Shown here piece by piece: positions 54,511 to 63,758 of a stretch of DNA of 64,000 nucleotides. The stretch's first letter is position 1. Each line of letters begins with the position of its first letter. The stretch is from IMG/VR virus record IMGVR_UViG_3300001200_000001, positions 1-64,000 of that record, one strand, 5' to 3'. Position numbers and translations under genes: made by a program. This DNA is from a virus. Below the pieces are notes generated by a model. The model saw nothing but the letters and a program-made list of their open reading frames with translations. It made no database searches and was not told where the DNA came from.

Positions 54511-56583
54511 TTACTTATTAAGTTTGTCGAACAGTTCCTGACCAGTCATGGGCTGTCCTTGATAAGTGATTTGCTCTTCCGAATGGAAATAGACTGGTTC
54601 ACCATTGATAATTGCTTCGTAGGCAACTGCACCCTCAGGACACAATTCAATATCCGGCATCTGATCACCAAAGTACGCCAAAGCCCTAAGGCAGTGTCCG
54701 TCATAGCCATCAGAATACACTTTGATTTTCTCTGGGTCGCGGGTTGTAACCGCAGAAATTTTATCTTCAAGAGAATCAAAGTCGAGCCCTATAAATAACC
54801 ATCCAGGAGGTGCTTCAAAACATTCCTTAATGAGTTTCGCAAGTCTTTTTTTGACCTTACTAGACCCAGAAGATGGGATATTCTGTAGGTTGGGGTTGTT
54901 AGACGAAAGTCTACCAGATGCAGTACCACCTAATCGAAAATTACCAAACAAATAGTGCCATCCGTCATTGCCTTTTTGTGCTTTTAAGAAAGCAGGGAGA
55001 AAGGTTGATAGGATGATCGCAGATGCTTTGTACTCGATTAGTATCCCAAGAAAGGACGTAACGTCCGGATCATTTGTATGGGATAAAAGCTTCTCCAAAG
55101 TATCAGCTCCCGTTGCTGGAAGCTTTGAGTCGGTATAATCTAATACCGGTAAACCAAGAAAATCTTCAGAATATAGAAGTCTCTGAAGCTGTGGAGCACT
55201 GTTGGGGTTAAACTCAACTTTGCCTGGAGGTATGTCACTAACTGTGATTACTTTTTTCTTGTACTCGGAGTTTTTCTTCACAACATATTCGTCACGAAGA
55301 GTATCCAAAAATCCTTGAACAGTTTGCATGTTCAGCATGCGCTGCTCTAAGGCATTAGATTCAGCCTGCAATTTTTTGTTGAGACGTTTTACTTTCCACA
55401 TATTGATAGGCATACCAGATAGTTGCATCTGTATGATGTCCATCACTGCAGGGACAAAGATGTCATTGTAAACACCCATTTGCTGATCAGCAATCGCAAT
55501 TGGTAGGTTCTTTTTGTACACGTACCAAGTGCTCAATCCATCAACGAGGTTATATTCAAGAAGATCATCCATTGGTATCAATCGAATGTCTTTAATATCT
55601 TCTTGAGCATAATTACCGGCATATTCTTGAGCTTGAACTTTCAAACCCAACTCATTGCCGGCACAGGAGTTTGTCGCCAGATATGTGATTAACTGAGAAC
55701 AATCCCAGTTTCGTAGAAGTACATTTAATCCTTCCAGAAGGCCATCCTGATCAAGGATATGATCCATGAACAGTTGATAAACCAAGACGTAAACATCATA
55801 ACAGATGTTGTGATAAATCATCTTGTTTTTGAAAGCATAAAAAAAGGTTTTCAATGCTGCTCGAATCTCGTGATTTGGAACACATTTACCTACCAGGTTT
55901 CCATCTTGTTCTTCCAGGGATTCGTAATCCACAGGGAAAGCAATACCTTCAGTCTCGCTCCAACAGAATGTGATTGTACCGATCCCGGCGTCATAGTGTT
56001 TAAGGCCGAAGCCTTCAATATCACATGTAAGATCACAATCCATCTCATACAATTTGTCCAACCACTCGAGGATTTCCTCATTGGTTTTAAGGTAGGCAGC
56101 GTATTTGATGATATTGGCGCCTACAGCTGAAGTATCTCCATCGGCCCAACGAAAGACAGCATCCATTGCAAGTTTGATTTTTGCTTTGGTTTTGTCTGGA
56201 TCATAGAATATCCGAGAGTAGTTAGGACAATATGTTGCAAGCAATTCATCACCTAAAACAGTTGATACAACGTCTCCGATAGTAGCATCTGTCTTGGATT
56301 TCTTAGTCAGAACTTTGAAGTAATCTGGTTGAGTTACAACCACCATCTTAATTCCCGCATCAATCAGATTAGGGAGCAAATCGTTCAAATATTCTTTGAT
56401 TTGAGCTGCAGATGTTTTCTTTTTAGTTCCATCAATGAAGAGATCACAGACCATTATATCTTCCCCTAAACCAGCCAGGTAAGGATCATAGTAATGTTTC
56501 TCAATCTCTCCTTTTTGGATTCGAGGACAGAGGATCGCAATTGTTGGATCCACTTTATTACGGCCAATGATTTCATATTTCAT
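54511..56583 (-). CDS. DNA polymerase I family, N-terminal fragment (3'-5' exonuclease plus palm motif A)
   Basis: Start moved to ATG 56583 (ATGA overlap with the upstream ORF). Exo I is LTCDIEGFGL and motif A is FIGLDFDSLEDKIS. It continues through HCLRALAYFGDQMPDIE, then has 43 unrelated residues and a TAA stop. Confidence 0.85.
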   Translation of the reverse strand: MKYEIIGRNKVDPTIAILCPRIQKGEIEKHYYDPYLAGLGEDIMVCDLFIDGTKKKTSAAQIKEYLNDLLPNLIDAGIKMVVVTQPDYFKVLTKKSKTDATIGDVVSTVLGDELLATYCPNYSRIFYDPDKTKAKIKLAMDAVFRWADGDTSAVGANIIKYAAYLKTNEEILEWLDKLYEMDCDLTCDIEGFGLKHYDAGIGTITFCWSETEGIAFPVDYESLEEQDGNLVGKCVPNHEIRAALKTFFYAFKNKMIYHNICYDVYVLVYQLFMDHILDQDGLLEGLNVLLRNWDCSQLITYLATNSCAGNELGLKVQAQEYAGNYAQEDIKDIRLIPMDDLLEYNLVDGLSTWYVYKKNLPIAIADQQMGVYNDIFVPAVMDIIQMQLSGMPINMWKVKRLNKKLQAESNALEQRMLNMQTVQGFLDTLRDEYVVKKNSEYKKKVITVSDIPPGKVEFNPNSAPQLQRLLYSEDFLGLPVLDYTDSKLPATGADTLEKLLSHTNDPDVTSFLGILIEYKASAIILSTFLPAFLKAQKGNDGWHYLFGNFRLGGTASGRLSSNNPNLQNIPSSGSSKVKKRLAKLIKECFEAPPGWLFIGLDFDSLEDKISAVTTRDPEKIKVYSDGYDGHCLRALAYFGDQMPDIELCPEGAVAYEAIINGEPVYFHSEEQITYQGQPMTGQELFDKLNK

Positions 56584-56837
56584 GATAAAAGCCTCACATT
56601 CTTGAAACGATTGATGTATCGGTAAGTTTTCCCAACCCATTGAGATATTGCTTCCATGGATTGGGATTTTACTTCCAAATATGGGTGACAAGCAGGATTT
56701 CCATCGAAAGACTCTAAATCAACAGAAGTCCCGGCCCACTTAAAAGCTTTTGTTTTGATCTTTTCTAAATCATCCCAAGAAGCTTCAAAATCAATTCTAC
56801 AAGAGTAGTAACGTTCGATTTTGTTTAGTGGGGTCAT
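56580..56837 (-). CDS. hypothetical protein
   Basis: 85-aa ORF, translationally coupled on both sides (ATGA overlaps). Confidence 0.55.
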   Translation of the reverse strand: MTPLNKIERYYSCRIDFEASWDDLEKIKTKAFKWAGTSVDLESFDGNPACHPYLEVKSQSMEAISQWVGKTYRYINRFKNVRLLS

Positions 56838-58132
56838 TTGAAATACCTTTCAGGTAAAGTTCCACGGATAAAGATCCGTTGTTTGGGGCGCGATAGTGCC
56901 ACATATTGCATGCGAGCTGTCTGCTCTTCATTTGTACATGTCCCAATATCTGCCAAGTCTACGATCACAGAGTTGTACGTAGATCCTTGTGCTTTATGAG
57001 TTGTCGATGCAGCAACTGCACGAAGATCCGGATAACCGTTTTTGATACGGAAATACCGGTCCCATACTTTGTTCGATGCGTAGTAGTTCAATACTTCACG
57101 TCGATCAGAAGAGTTCGGGAAACAGGTCACACTGTATGGCACACCTGAACCAAGATCTTCAAGTTCCAAATCAATCACCCGGATATTATGTCCTTTGACA
57201 ATATTTGGATCTTCTCGATCGGAAACCACTTTGGTGACACGTACCAATTGATCAGTATAAAGACGAATCTTTCCTGTCAGTTCGGCTGATTCATTGTTTG
57301 AGAGAATCTCACCAACAGCGAATGGGTCTGTATAACCGCGGAGTTCACGAATAAACTCATTGTATTGAACAACACGTTTATTGGTGTAACAAAGAACTCG
57401 TTTACCCTCATCTTCTTGGTTGTATTCACGTTCCAAAATTCCGCGGAGAGTGGTGTTGTCAACAAAATCAATCACACCAGGAACTTCTTTGATAGGCGTA
57501 AATATACCAGTCAAAACTGTTTGTTTGGCTTGTTCACAAAGAGCCATCAAAGCAGGCTGTTCAGCATTTCGAACTGGCTTAGTTAGATGTGCTGTTGAAT
57601 AGTTGTTTTGATAGATCGGAGACAGTGTTTCTTTGACTGGAGCCAGCTGGTTACGATCACCAACAAACAAAACCTTACAAGTCTTATCCAGACCTTTGGC
57701 TAGATATTTGAAGAGTTCTTTGTTGATCATTGAGCACTCGTCGATAATCAAGAAAATTCCAGAATGGACTGTCCAATTCCGAGTTGGAACGACAGATACC
57801 GTACCATTACTGAAATTCTCATTGAGACGGAGATTCATGAAACTGTAAACAGTTCCAATCTCTAGTGCTCGATGAGGCATGGCTTCTGCAATTACCGCGG
57901 CAGCCTTATTGGTCGTTGCTGTAATAGCAACTGTATGGAGAGGATTTCCAGACTTCTTATGTCGTAGAATTCCATCCGCTACCTGTGAAATGAAATAAGT
58001 TTTACCGGTCCCAGCACCACCTGATACATCCATGAATTGTTCGTTTGGATCATTCATGAATTTGATCACGCTCATAAAAGCGGCTTGTTGTTCTTTATTG
58101 AGACCCATGGTTTCAATCCTTTGAATGTGCAA
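56834..58132 (-). CDS. Dda/RecD-like SF1 DNA helicase (N4 gp37-like)
   Basis: 432 aa. Walker A GGAGTGKT; Walker B LIIDECSM; C-terminal STTHKAQGSTYNSVIVD ... YVALSRPKQRIFI. Confidence 0.85.
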   Translation of the reverse strand: MHIQRIETMGLNKEQQAAFMSVIKFMNDPNEQFMDVSGGAGTGKTYFISQVADGILRHKKSGNPLHTVAITATTNKAAAVIAEAMPHRALEIGTVYSFMNLRLNENFSNGTVSVVPTRNWTVHSGIFLIIDECSMINKELFKYLAKGLDKTCKVLFVGDRNQLAPVKETLSPIYQNNYSTAHLTKPVRNAEQPALMALCEQAKQTVLTGIFTPIKEVPGVIDFVDNTTLRGILEREYNQEDEGKRVLCYTNKRVVQYNEFIRELRGYTDPFAVGEILSNNESAELTGKIRLYTDQLVRVTKVVSDREDPNIVKGHNIRVIDLELEDLGSGVPYSVTCFPNSSDRREVLNYYASNKVWDRYFRIKNGYPDLRAVAASTTHKAQGSTYNSVIVDLADIGTCTNEEQTARMQYVALSRPKQRIFIRGTLPERYFK

Positions 58133-58162
58133 AAACCGCCTTCCAATTAAGGAAGACGGTTT
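58133..58162 (-). terminator. intrinsic terminator after the RNR gene
   Basis: On the minus strand: AAACCGTCTTCC-ttaatt-GGAAGGCGGTTT, followed by TTGC within a T-run. Confidence 0.6.
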
Positions 58163-58180
58163 AATTATAACTTAGTCTGT

Positions 58181-60112
58181 TTAAATCTCACAGACACCAG
58201 AAGAACACGCTAATTCTTGAGTACCTGTGGTCTCATCCTGTTTTTCAACATGTTGAGCCCAATCGATAGAATTTGGTGTCATATCAGCAAGTTTTTGGAC
58301 TTGTTTGGTAGTTGCGTCTTGGTAAGGCGCTTGTTTGTAGATATGTTCCGAGTGAGGTAAGAAACTTACCCCGGCAATATCATCGAAATGATTCCATACC
58401 CATGCACCAACTTCTGGCCATTCATGCTCACGTACATTGATCGTGACTGAAGGATTGTGTTGACACCAGTGAGTTTTAAAGTCCAACCAATTTTCTAGTT
58501 CATCAATTGCTGTACGTTCATTTCGAGTAATACAACCTGCAGGACTGGTGATTGGAAATGAAAAGACAATATTGTCTGAATTCATTAAATCGACTTCACC
58601 TTGGATTCCCTGCTGGAGTATAAATTGTGTGATAGGATCCTTAGTGTCGTTTCGAGCTGTACGAATGTATTGAGCAGCAAAACGACTATGGATACCTGAC
58701 GCACTATCTGTAAGCTGTGAAACCGTTCCTGATGGTTTTACACATGTGATAGCAGCTGAAGGGTTGATACCAAATTTCTTGGACCAAGTAGCATTTTCAC
58801 GAACTGCTAGATCACGTAAGCTTTCCAGTAGTTGGTTACGTTCATCTCGAGATGTACCACGGCCATTTAGAAGAGGACTGTCCATAATACCTGTAAATGA
58901 GACACCAAGAAGACGCTCTTCTTCAGAATTATCTTTCCAAGCCTGACGGATGTACCGATAATTAGTTAAGCTGCTTTGATAGGTTCCTAGAATTGTAGCT
59001 AGACGTACTTTACGTGCGAGATCTTCACCAGTGTCATTTTGTCGAGCAATGATTTCAGATAGATTACAGAATTCCAAAGGACGAAGAATGATTTCACCAC
59101 AAGGGTTTACACCAAATTCGTATTGATTACCGTGTGTATCTTCCACTGAACGGTTAAATTTCAAGCATTGCTTGATAGCCGATTCACGGTTGAAAACACC
59201 ACGTTCACCAGACTTACTTTGATAAATGGAATTCCACTCATCCATCCACTGACCAACATCTGGACGTTCTGTATATGCAACAGAATTATTTGCAAGTCGA
59301 CGCCAGGGAGTACCTTCCCACCAATGACCTGATTTAGCTTCACGCATACGTTGATCGGATAAGTTAGACAGAGAAATTAGTGCTGATCGACGTACACCAC
59401 CAGAAACCACAACATCACCAATTTTACAGCAAATATCGTGACACTCTAATGATGTGAGTTTTCGACCCAATGCTCCTCGGAATACTTGAACCATGAAGTC
59501 ATAAAGATCTACCAATGGTCCTGGTCCAGAGGCTCGGCCACCGAAAGTTTTCAGAGGGGCTCCAGCAGGACGTACTTTTGAAATATCCAATTCTGGAATT
59601 TCACCTGCATAAAGCATAGCAACTAACTGTTTTACTGCTTTGGCCCATCCCATTTTGCTGTCACGTACAGAAATAGTCGTATCAGTTGGAAATAGTGCAT
59701 CTGGGACACTTGGTAATTTGGAAACTTGTTGTCGTTCAACAGAGAAGCCAACACCGGTTCCGCACATTAAAATATATACCATCTCATCAAAAGCCCGAGG
59801 GTGGTCTATAGGAATAAATGAGCAGTTGAAACCAGCAATATGATCACGATCTAAGGCTGGACCTGAAGTCATAATAGCTCGCATTGAAGGCATTACTTCA
59901 AGGTTTTTGATTGCTAGATTGAGTTCATCAAAAATAGGATCATCAGGATTCATATTATGATTGGATACCAGATGTTTGGACATTGAATTAGTGTAGCGAT
60001 CAATTGTTTCGCTCCAGGTTTCTCGACGATTTTCGTCTACTAGCCACTTAGCGTATCGGGTTTGGTGGATGAATTGTTGATACAGAGTGGGCAATACATG
60101 ATTTGATGTCAT
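58181..60112 (-). CDS. nrdJ: class II (adenosylcobalamin-dependent) ribonucleotide reductase
   Basis: 643-aa single-chain RNR. Active-site NPCGEI, CNLSEI, and a C-terminal redox pair in ...ACSSGVCEI. Confidence 0.8.
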   Translation of the reverse strand: MTSNHVLPTLYQQFIHQTRYAKWLVDENRRETWSETIDRYTNSMSKHLVSNHNMNPDDPIFDELNLAIKNLEVMPSMRAIMTSGPALDRDHIAGFNCSFIPIDHPRAFDEMVYILMCGTGVGFSVERQQVSKLPSVPDALFPTDTTISVRDSKMGWAKAVKQLVAMLYAGEIPELDISKVRPAGAPLKTFGGRASGPGPLVDLYDFMVQVFRGALGRKLTSLECHDICCKIGDVVVSGGVRRSALISLSNLSDQRMREAKSGHWWEGTPWRRLANNSVAYTERPDVGQWMDEWNSIYQSKSGERGVFNRESAIKQCLKFNRSVEDTHGNQYEFGVNPCGEIILRPLEFCNLSEIIARQNDTGEDLARKVRLATILGTYQSSLTNYRYIRQAWKDNSEEERLLGVSFTGIMDSPLLNGRGTSRDERNQLLESLRDLAVRENATWSKKFGINPSAAITCVKPSGTVSQLTDSASGIHSRFAAQYIRTARNDTKDPITQFILQQGIQGEVDLMNSDNIVFSFPITSPAGCITRNERTAIDELENWLDFKTHWCQHNPSVTINVREHEWPEVGAWVWNHFDDIAGVSFLPHSEHIYKQAPYQDATTKQVQKLADMTPNSIDWAQHVEKQDETTGTQELACSSGVCEI

Positions 60113-60190
60113 GTTGAAATCCTTTCATTGTAAGAGGTTGGAAGTCGTTGCTATCAGGTCGATCCTACTATCGCAACATGTAGTAGGAAA

Positions 60191-60228
60191 TAAAAAGAGA
60201 CCCACCTTATAATGTTAGGTAGGTCTCT
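60191..60228 (-). terminator. intrinsic terminator
   Basis: On the minus strand: AGAGACCTACCT-aacattata-AGGTGGGTCTCT (12 bp, one mismatch), followed by TTTTTATTT. Confidence 0.7.
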
Positions 60229-60233
60229 GATTT

Positions 60234-60536
60234 CTAAAGATTAAAAGATTGGAGCACATCATGAGGAGCATCAATATTTCTGAGTGACTTTCGTCCTCTC
60301 ATCTCTTCTACTCGAGCCCTAAACTCATCAAGATCCATATCATAGAATTTGATGAAGCCACGGCCTTTGTATTCTCCGGTGAGAATCATAGTACAAGGAC
60401 CACGAACACTTATGTCCACATCTGAGATGAAGTGTGATTCGAGTTCTTGAAAGAAAGCACGCTGTCCGGCACGAAGATTGATCATCTCACGTTTAAGAGT
60501 TTCAATCTCATCACGTAATTCTTCGATTTCACTCAT
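60234..60536 (-). CDS. hypothetical protein (N-terminal coiled coil)
   Basis: 100-aa ORF. Confidence 0.55.
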   Translation of the reverse strand: MSEIEELRDEIETLKREMINLRAGQRAFFQELESHFISDVDISVRGPCTMILTGEYKGRGFIKFYDMDLDEFRARVEEMRGRKSLRNIDAPHDVLQSFNL

Positions 60537-61042
60537 GGTAACAGCTGACGTTCAGCTTCTTGAATGAAACGTAGATATGGACGATAAATTTCTAAATCAG
60601 AAGCCCACTTATCCAGGAGATCACGTTGCTCTTCCCATTCAGAAAATTTATGCATGTGTGGTTTATGACGTAACATCCACACATAAGAATCCAGAAGATC
60701 AACAAATTTACGACGTAACAGTTCTTCATTTGTAATGTCGTTAAGTTGGAATCCTTGTTTAAGAATTGAAACTTTTTCAATTTCTTCCAAAAGATTACGA
60801 ACTTGTGGATTTGATTGTTTAGCCGGCCGTGCCATGTCACCTACATCACATTCTCCTTGATCATGAACCAAAGTATCGATGATTGAGGCTCTGGAACTAT
60901 TTGGCCAGAACAGAAGAAGTAAAATTGTACAACGATGTTGATGTCCACTATCTGGGTCATTAGAGTCAACCAATTGAGGTTGTGTATGCCAACGACGTAC
61001 AAAGCCTGCAGTCCAAGCTTTAAAAATATTGTCCGTAATCAT
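60533..61042 (-). CDS. HD-domain phosphohydrolase (YfbR-like 5'-deoxynucleotidase family)
   Basis: 169 aa. RRWHT ... GHQHRC ... LVHDQGECDVGDMARPAK resembles the R.H ... HS ... HD..E...GD pattern. Confidence 0.55.
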   Translation of the reverse strand: MITDNIFKAWTAGFVRRWHTQPQLVDSNDPDSGHQHRCTILLLLFWPNSSRASIIDTLVHDQGECDVGDMARPAKQSNPQVRNLLEEIEKVSILKQGFQLNDITNEELLRRKFVDLLDSYVWMLRHKPHMHKFSEWEEQRDLLDKWASDLEIYRPYLRFIQEAERQLLP

Positions 61043-61045
61043 GGT

Positions 61046-61576
61046 TTATCCTTTCAGGATTTTCATAAGCTCCGATTCAATTTTATCCAGAGATTTTGAA
61101 CCAAAATTGAGAACTGGGATCTCATAGTGTTTAGCGATTCGAAGAGCTTGACCGGTTCCACCAGTTACTTTGCCTCCAGGAGTCCAGCACAAGATGAAAT
61201 CTGATTTAGAAGCCAAATGTGGTCCTAAAACCTGGTAGCAATTCCGGATCATCATTCGTTGAGCTGGTTCGTTCAGTTTACCCCAGGCAGGATGAAACTT
61301 TTCAGCCATATCCCGGGCTACAGCATGTGCTTTAACTCGAGTAATGAACTGATTGGAACGGTTTGAGGTTGGATGATTATTGAAGCCTTCCCAAGGCAAG
61401 AAGATTTGTTTCTTGCCTTGGTTTCTATCACATCCATTTTCGAAAGCCATATCTGCACCATCAGCTCCTCCAGAACGCAAAGTATGTCCTTCAGAAGCAA
61501 GATAAGCAGCTACGGCTTCCATGGATTGTAAGACGTTGTCTGGTGTCTTACGAGCACCAATACCAGCATAAAACAT
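61046..61576 (-). CDS. SLOG / DprA-like Rossmann-fold protein
   Basis: 176 aa. GIGARKTP ... LRSGGADGADMAFENG ... WTPGGKVTGGTGQALRIA resembles the DprA/LOG-like nucleotide-binding fold. Confidence 0.45.
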   Translation of the reverse strand: MFYAGIGARKTPDNVLQSMEAVAAYLASEGHTLRSGGADGADMAFENGCDRNQGKKQIFLPWEGFNNHPTSNRSNQFITRVKAHAVARDMAEKFHPAWGKLNEPAQRMMIRNCYQVLGPHLASKSDFILCWTPGGKVTGGTGQALRIAKHYEIPVLNFGSKSLDKIESELMKILKG

Positions 61577-61743
61577 TACACTGAAACTCCTTGTTGTTTA
61601 GCGGCTTTCTCGTGAAGAACTCGTTTTAAACGAATATCACGACGTTCAGCACGCTGAGCTTCGAGTTTATCGATCATATTACGCATGACCATATAGCCCA
61701 ACACTTGATGTGAGCTGGTTGAGAGAAGATAGTTTTTGAACAT
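61576..61743 (-). CDS. hypothetical small protein
   Basis: Start set at ATG 61743 (TAAGGAA SD); 55 aa. The longer track ORF lacks an SD. Confidence 0.45.
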   Translation of the reverse strand: MFKNYLLSTSSHQVLGYMVMRNMIDKLEAQRAERRDIRLKRVLHEKAAKQQGVSV

Positions 61744-61961
61744 GATTGTTTCCTTAGTATTGAAATGCGGGATGGTTTTCTCGAGTGTATAGGACCATCT
61801 CATATCCACCACGTTTATTAGGGTTTTCCTCACGTTTGTACACAAAACCTTTTTGTGAGATCTTCCACATGTCTTGGGCTTCATAAACGTACTCTATTCA
61901 TGCCTTCATTCTAAGGCGATCAAGTTCTTCTCGTATAGTCTCAGCCATAAGTCTTGCTCCC

Positions 61962-62249
61962 CTAAATTAATTCCGGCATTCGTCTATTTCTGTAAGCCTT
62001 CAACTCGGCCTCGTATTTATCACCAAACAATTCACGCACAGCATTTTCATTGATGGCTAAGTCGTGAAAATCACAAACGAGGACCCAATCAATCTCAATC
62101 CCCGCTTCACGTAAGGCGCAGAAAGATGGCAACCATTGCTCTGTTGCCTTATGAGTGCATTTAGGAACCGCGCACATAGTCTCTTCTGGTAGGGCGCTGG
62201 CAAGAACGGCACCATTATTCAACCATTTGAAAAACCAATTCCTGATCAT
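61962..62249 (-). CDS. hypothetical Cys-containing protein
   Basis: Start set at ATG 62249, just after the upstream stop at 62263; 95 aa. Confidence 0.5.
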   Translation of the reverse strand: MIRNWFFKWLNNGAVLASALPEETMCAVPKCTHKATEQWLPSFCALREAGIEIDWVLVCDFHDLAINENAVRELFGDKYEAELKAYRNRRMPELI

Positions 62250-62262
62250 GGCTTTGCTCTCC

Positions 62263-62688
62263 TTAATTATCGAACCAAAAAACAACACGGTAAACCGTAT
62301 TTTCTGGGTAATCCGTATCAACGCCCGTAAGGTCGTAAACCGCATGATCTGAGCGTATTCTAGTGTTTCTGTAAGCCTCATCACGAGAATTGTTGCAGTC
62401 CACCCATGCTTGGCAAAATTCACTCAAAGGCAAGTGTGAAGCGCTATGATGGTCTGTTGGGCTTTGCATGTATTCCTGCCAAGAAAGATCACTTACATCT
62501 TCCGGTAGGTTCTGTGGGTAGCGGTTTTTAGACGATTTATCTCGAACACTAGCGAGTTCGCCGAAAAAGCCATAGTCGCGCTGCGCATAAGTAGGTCTGT
62601 CCTTCATGTTGTCGCTGGACTGGATGCCGACCCATCTCATGTCGCCTTCGCGCTTGCGTTCAATGACGCAGTGAATATCGCATCCCAT
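62263..62688 (-). CDS. hypothetical protein with N-terminal MGCDIH motif
   Basis: Start set at ATG 62688 (GAAG/AAGG SD). MGCDIHCVIERK... is a recurrent phage N-terminus of unknown function (from memory). Local GC is elevated. Confidence 0.55.
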   Translation of the reverse strand: MGCDIHCVIERKREGDMRWVGIQSSDNMKDRPTYAQRDYGFFGELASVRDKSSKNRYPQNLPEDVSDLSWQEYMQSPTDHHSASHLPLSEFCQAWVDCNNSRDEAYRNTRIRSDHAVYDLTGVDTDYPENTVYRVVFWFDN

Positions 62689-62837
62689 TCTTCGGCCCTT
62701 TCGTTGTTGTGAGACCAACGGTCCCTTTTCTTAATTGGTTCCGAGGGTCATAGAATCCCTTGTATTCTCGCCTCGGCTAGACGGTTCTTATGGTTGCCGT
62801 TCGGGCCCAAGAGTACCCGAGCATCAATTATTGATCC

Positions 62838-63758
62838 TTACATGTCGATGGGATCCCGGAAACCGAGAGCTACAGGTGTACGTGGTGATTGGTCAGACCC
62901 AATACCCATGTATTTGATCTTCATTGGTTTAGACAAAAGTTCATCCCGGTTATCCCAGATCTTCTGTTTGTCTTCATCAGTGAAGCCAAGAAATACGCCT
63001 ACTCGAGTAGTAAATGGACGCCCATCTTCAAAGAAACCAGAACAGGTGAATGCACCCAAAGTATTCTTACCGACTTTGTTGTCTTGGTGAGAAGAACGTT
63101 GGGATTGACCAAGCTCATTGGTAGTCTTTGGGTTCAGGTTTTCCATCTGCTCATGGAATTCTATGATGATGACTTCCGTATCCACACGGGATTTGTGCTT
63201 ATACATGGCACCGGATTTAGTTGTGGCCCGCCCATTCTTGTACAAAGCATCCGGATGGCGAAGGATCGAGCCCTCATGACCTTCCGCAAGGTTTTGTTCA
63301 ATGAATCGGTTCACAACATCCATGGTTTCTAAAGCTTGACAATCCAGAGCTTCAACCCAGGAGACAGGAACTTCATCAAGCTGTTCATGTACGACCTGGA
63401 AACGGTTGTAGTAAGATTCTTCAGGCATATCCCATCGATCAAACACATAGAATTTGTGATCTGCTTCCAGATCACTTTTCATACATGCACGATGAGAGTT
63501 TTTGAAACAGAATTCGTCAGTCAGATCTCCGACAATGACTTCACCATCAAAACCTTCGAGCTCAGCAGCTGCAGCTTTTACTTTAGCTTGGAGCTGTTGG
63601 TTAGGAAGAGGTTTTAGGGAACGCGAGTATCCAACACCATCGTGTACGAGCATACGAATACCATCGAGTTTAACAAAACCCATCAACGGTAAATTTGACT
63701 TTACCGCTTCAGGGTTCCAAGGTTTGTTGTCTGCCAACATTGGCTTACCAAGTTTCAT
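62838..63758 (-). CDS. ATP-dependent DNA ligase
   Basis: 306 aa. Adenylation motif I is VKLDGIR (KxDG), with EGSILR and LYKNGR motifs downstream. Confidence 0.85.
   Translation of the reverse strand: MKLGKPMLADNKPWNPEAVKSNLPLMGFVKLDGIRMLVHDGVGYSRSLKPLPNQQLQAKVKAAAAELEGFDGEVIVGDLTDEFCFKNSHRACMKSDLEADHKFYVFDRWDMPEESYYNRFQVVHEQLDEVPVSWVEALDCQALETMDVVNRFIEQNLAEGHEGSILRHPDALYKNGRATTKSGAMYKHKSRVDTEVIIIEFHEQMENLNPKTTNELGQSQRSSHQDNKVGKNTLGAFTCSGFFEDGRPFTTRVGVFLGFTDEDKQKIWDNRDELLSKPMKIKYMGIGSDQSPRTPVALGFRDPIDM

Noticed and set aside
54283-54513. Stop-codon reassignment or suppression of the in-frame TAA codons by a phage tRNA.
   Set aside because: None of the tRNAs I folded has a UUA, CUA or UCA anticodon. 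TAA also ends many clearly complete genes in the window, such as terminase and the 72-aa ORF itself.
54061-54640. Intein (or split intein) in the DNA polymerase. The N-fragment tail begins with Cys (CPEGAVAYEAIING...), the C fragment has ...HNVVRVN followed by Ser, and all three ORFs (polymerase N, 72-aa ORF, polymerase C) are in the same reading frame, separated only by single TAA codons.
   Set aside because: No Hint-domain block B (TxxH) or canonical block F/G could be found. The tails (43 + 25 aa) are far too short for a split intein. The 72-aa ORF has its own SD. The in-frame N-terminal extension of the C fragment overlaps a better, SD-preceded ORF in another frame. The frame coincidence (chance about 1/9) is recorded but not taken as evidence of read-through.
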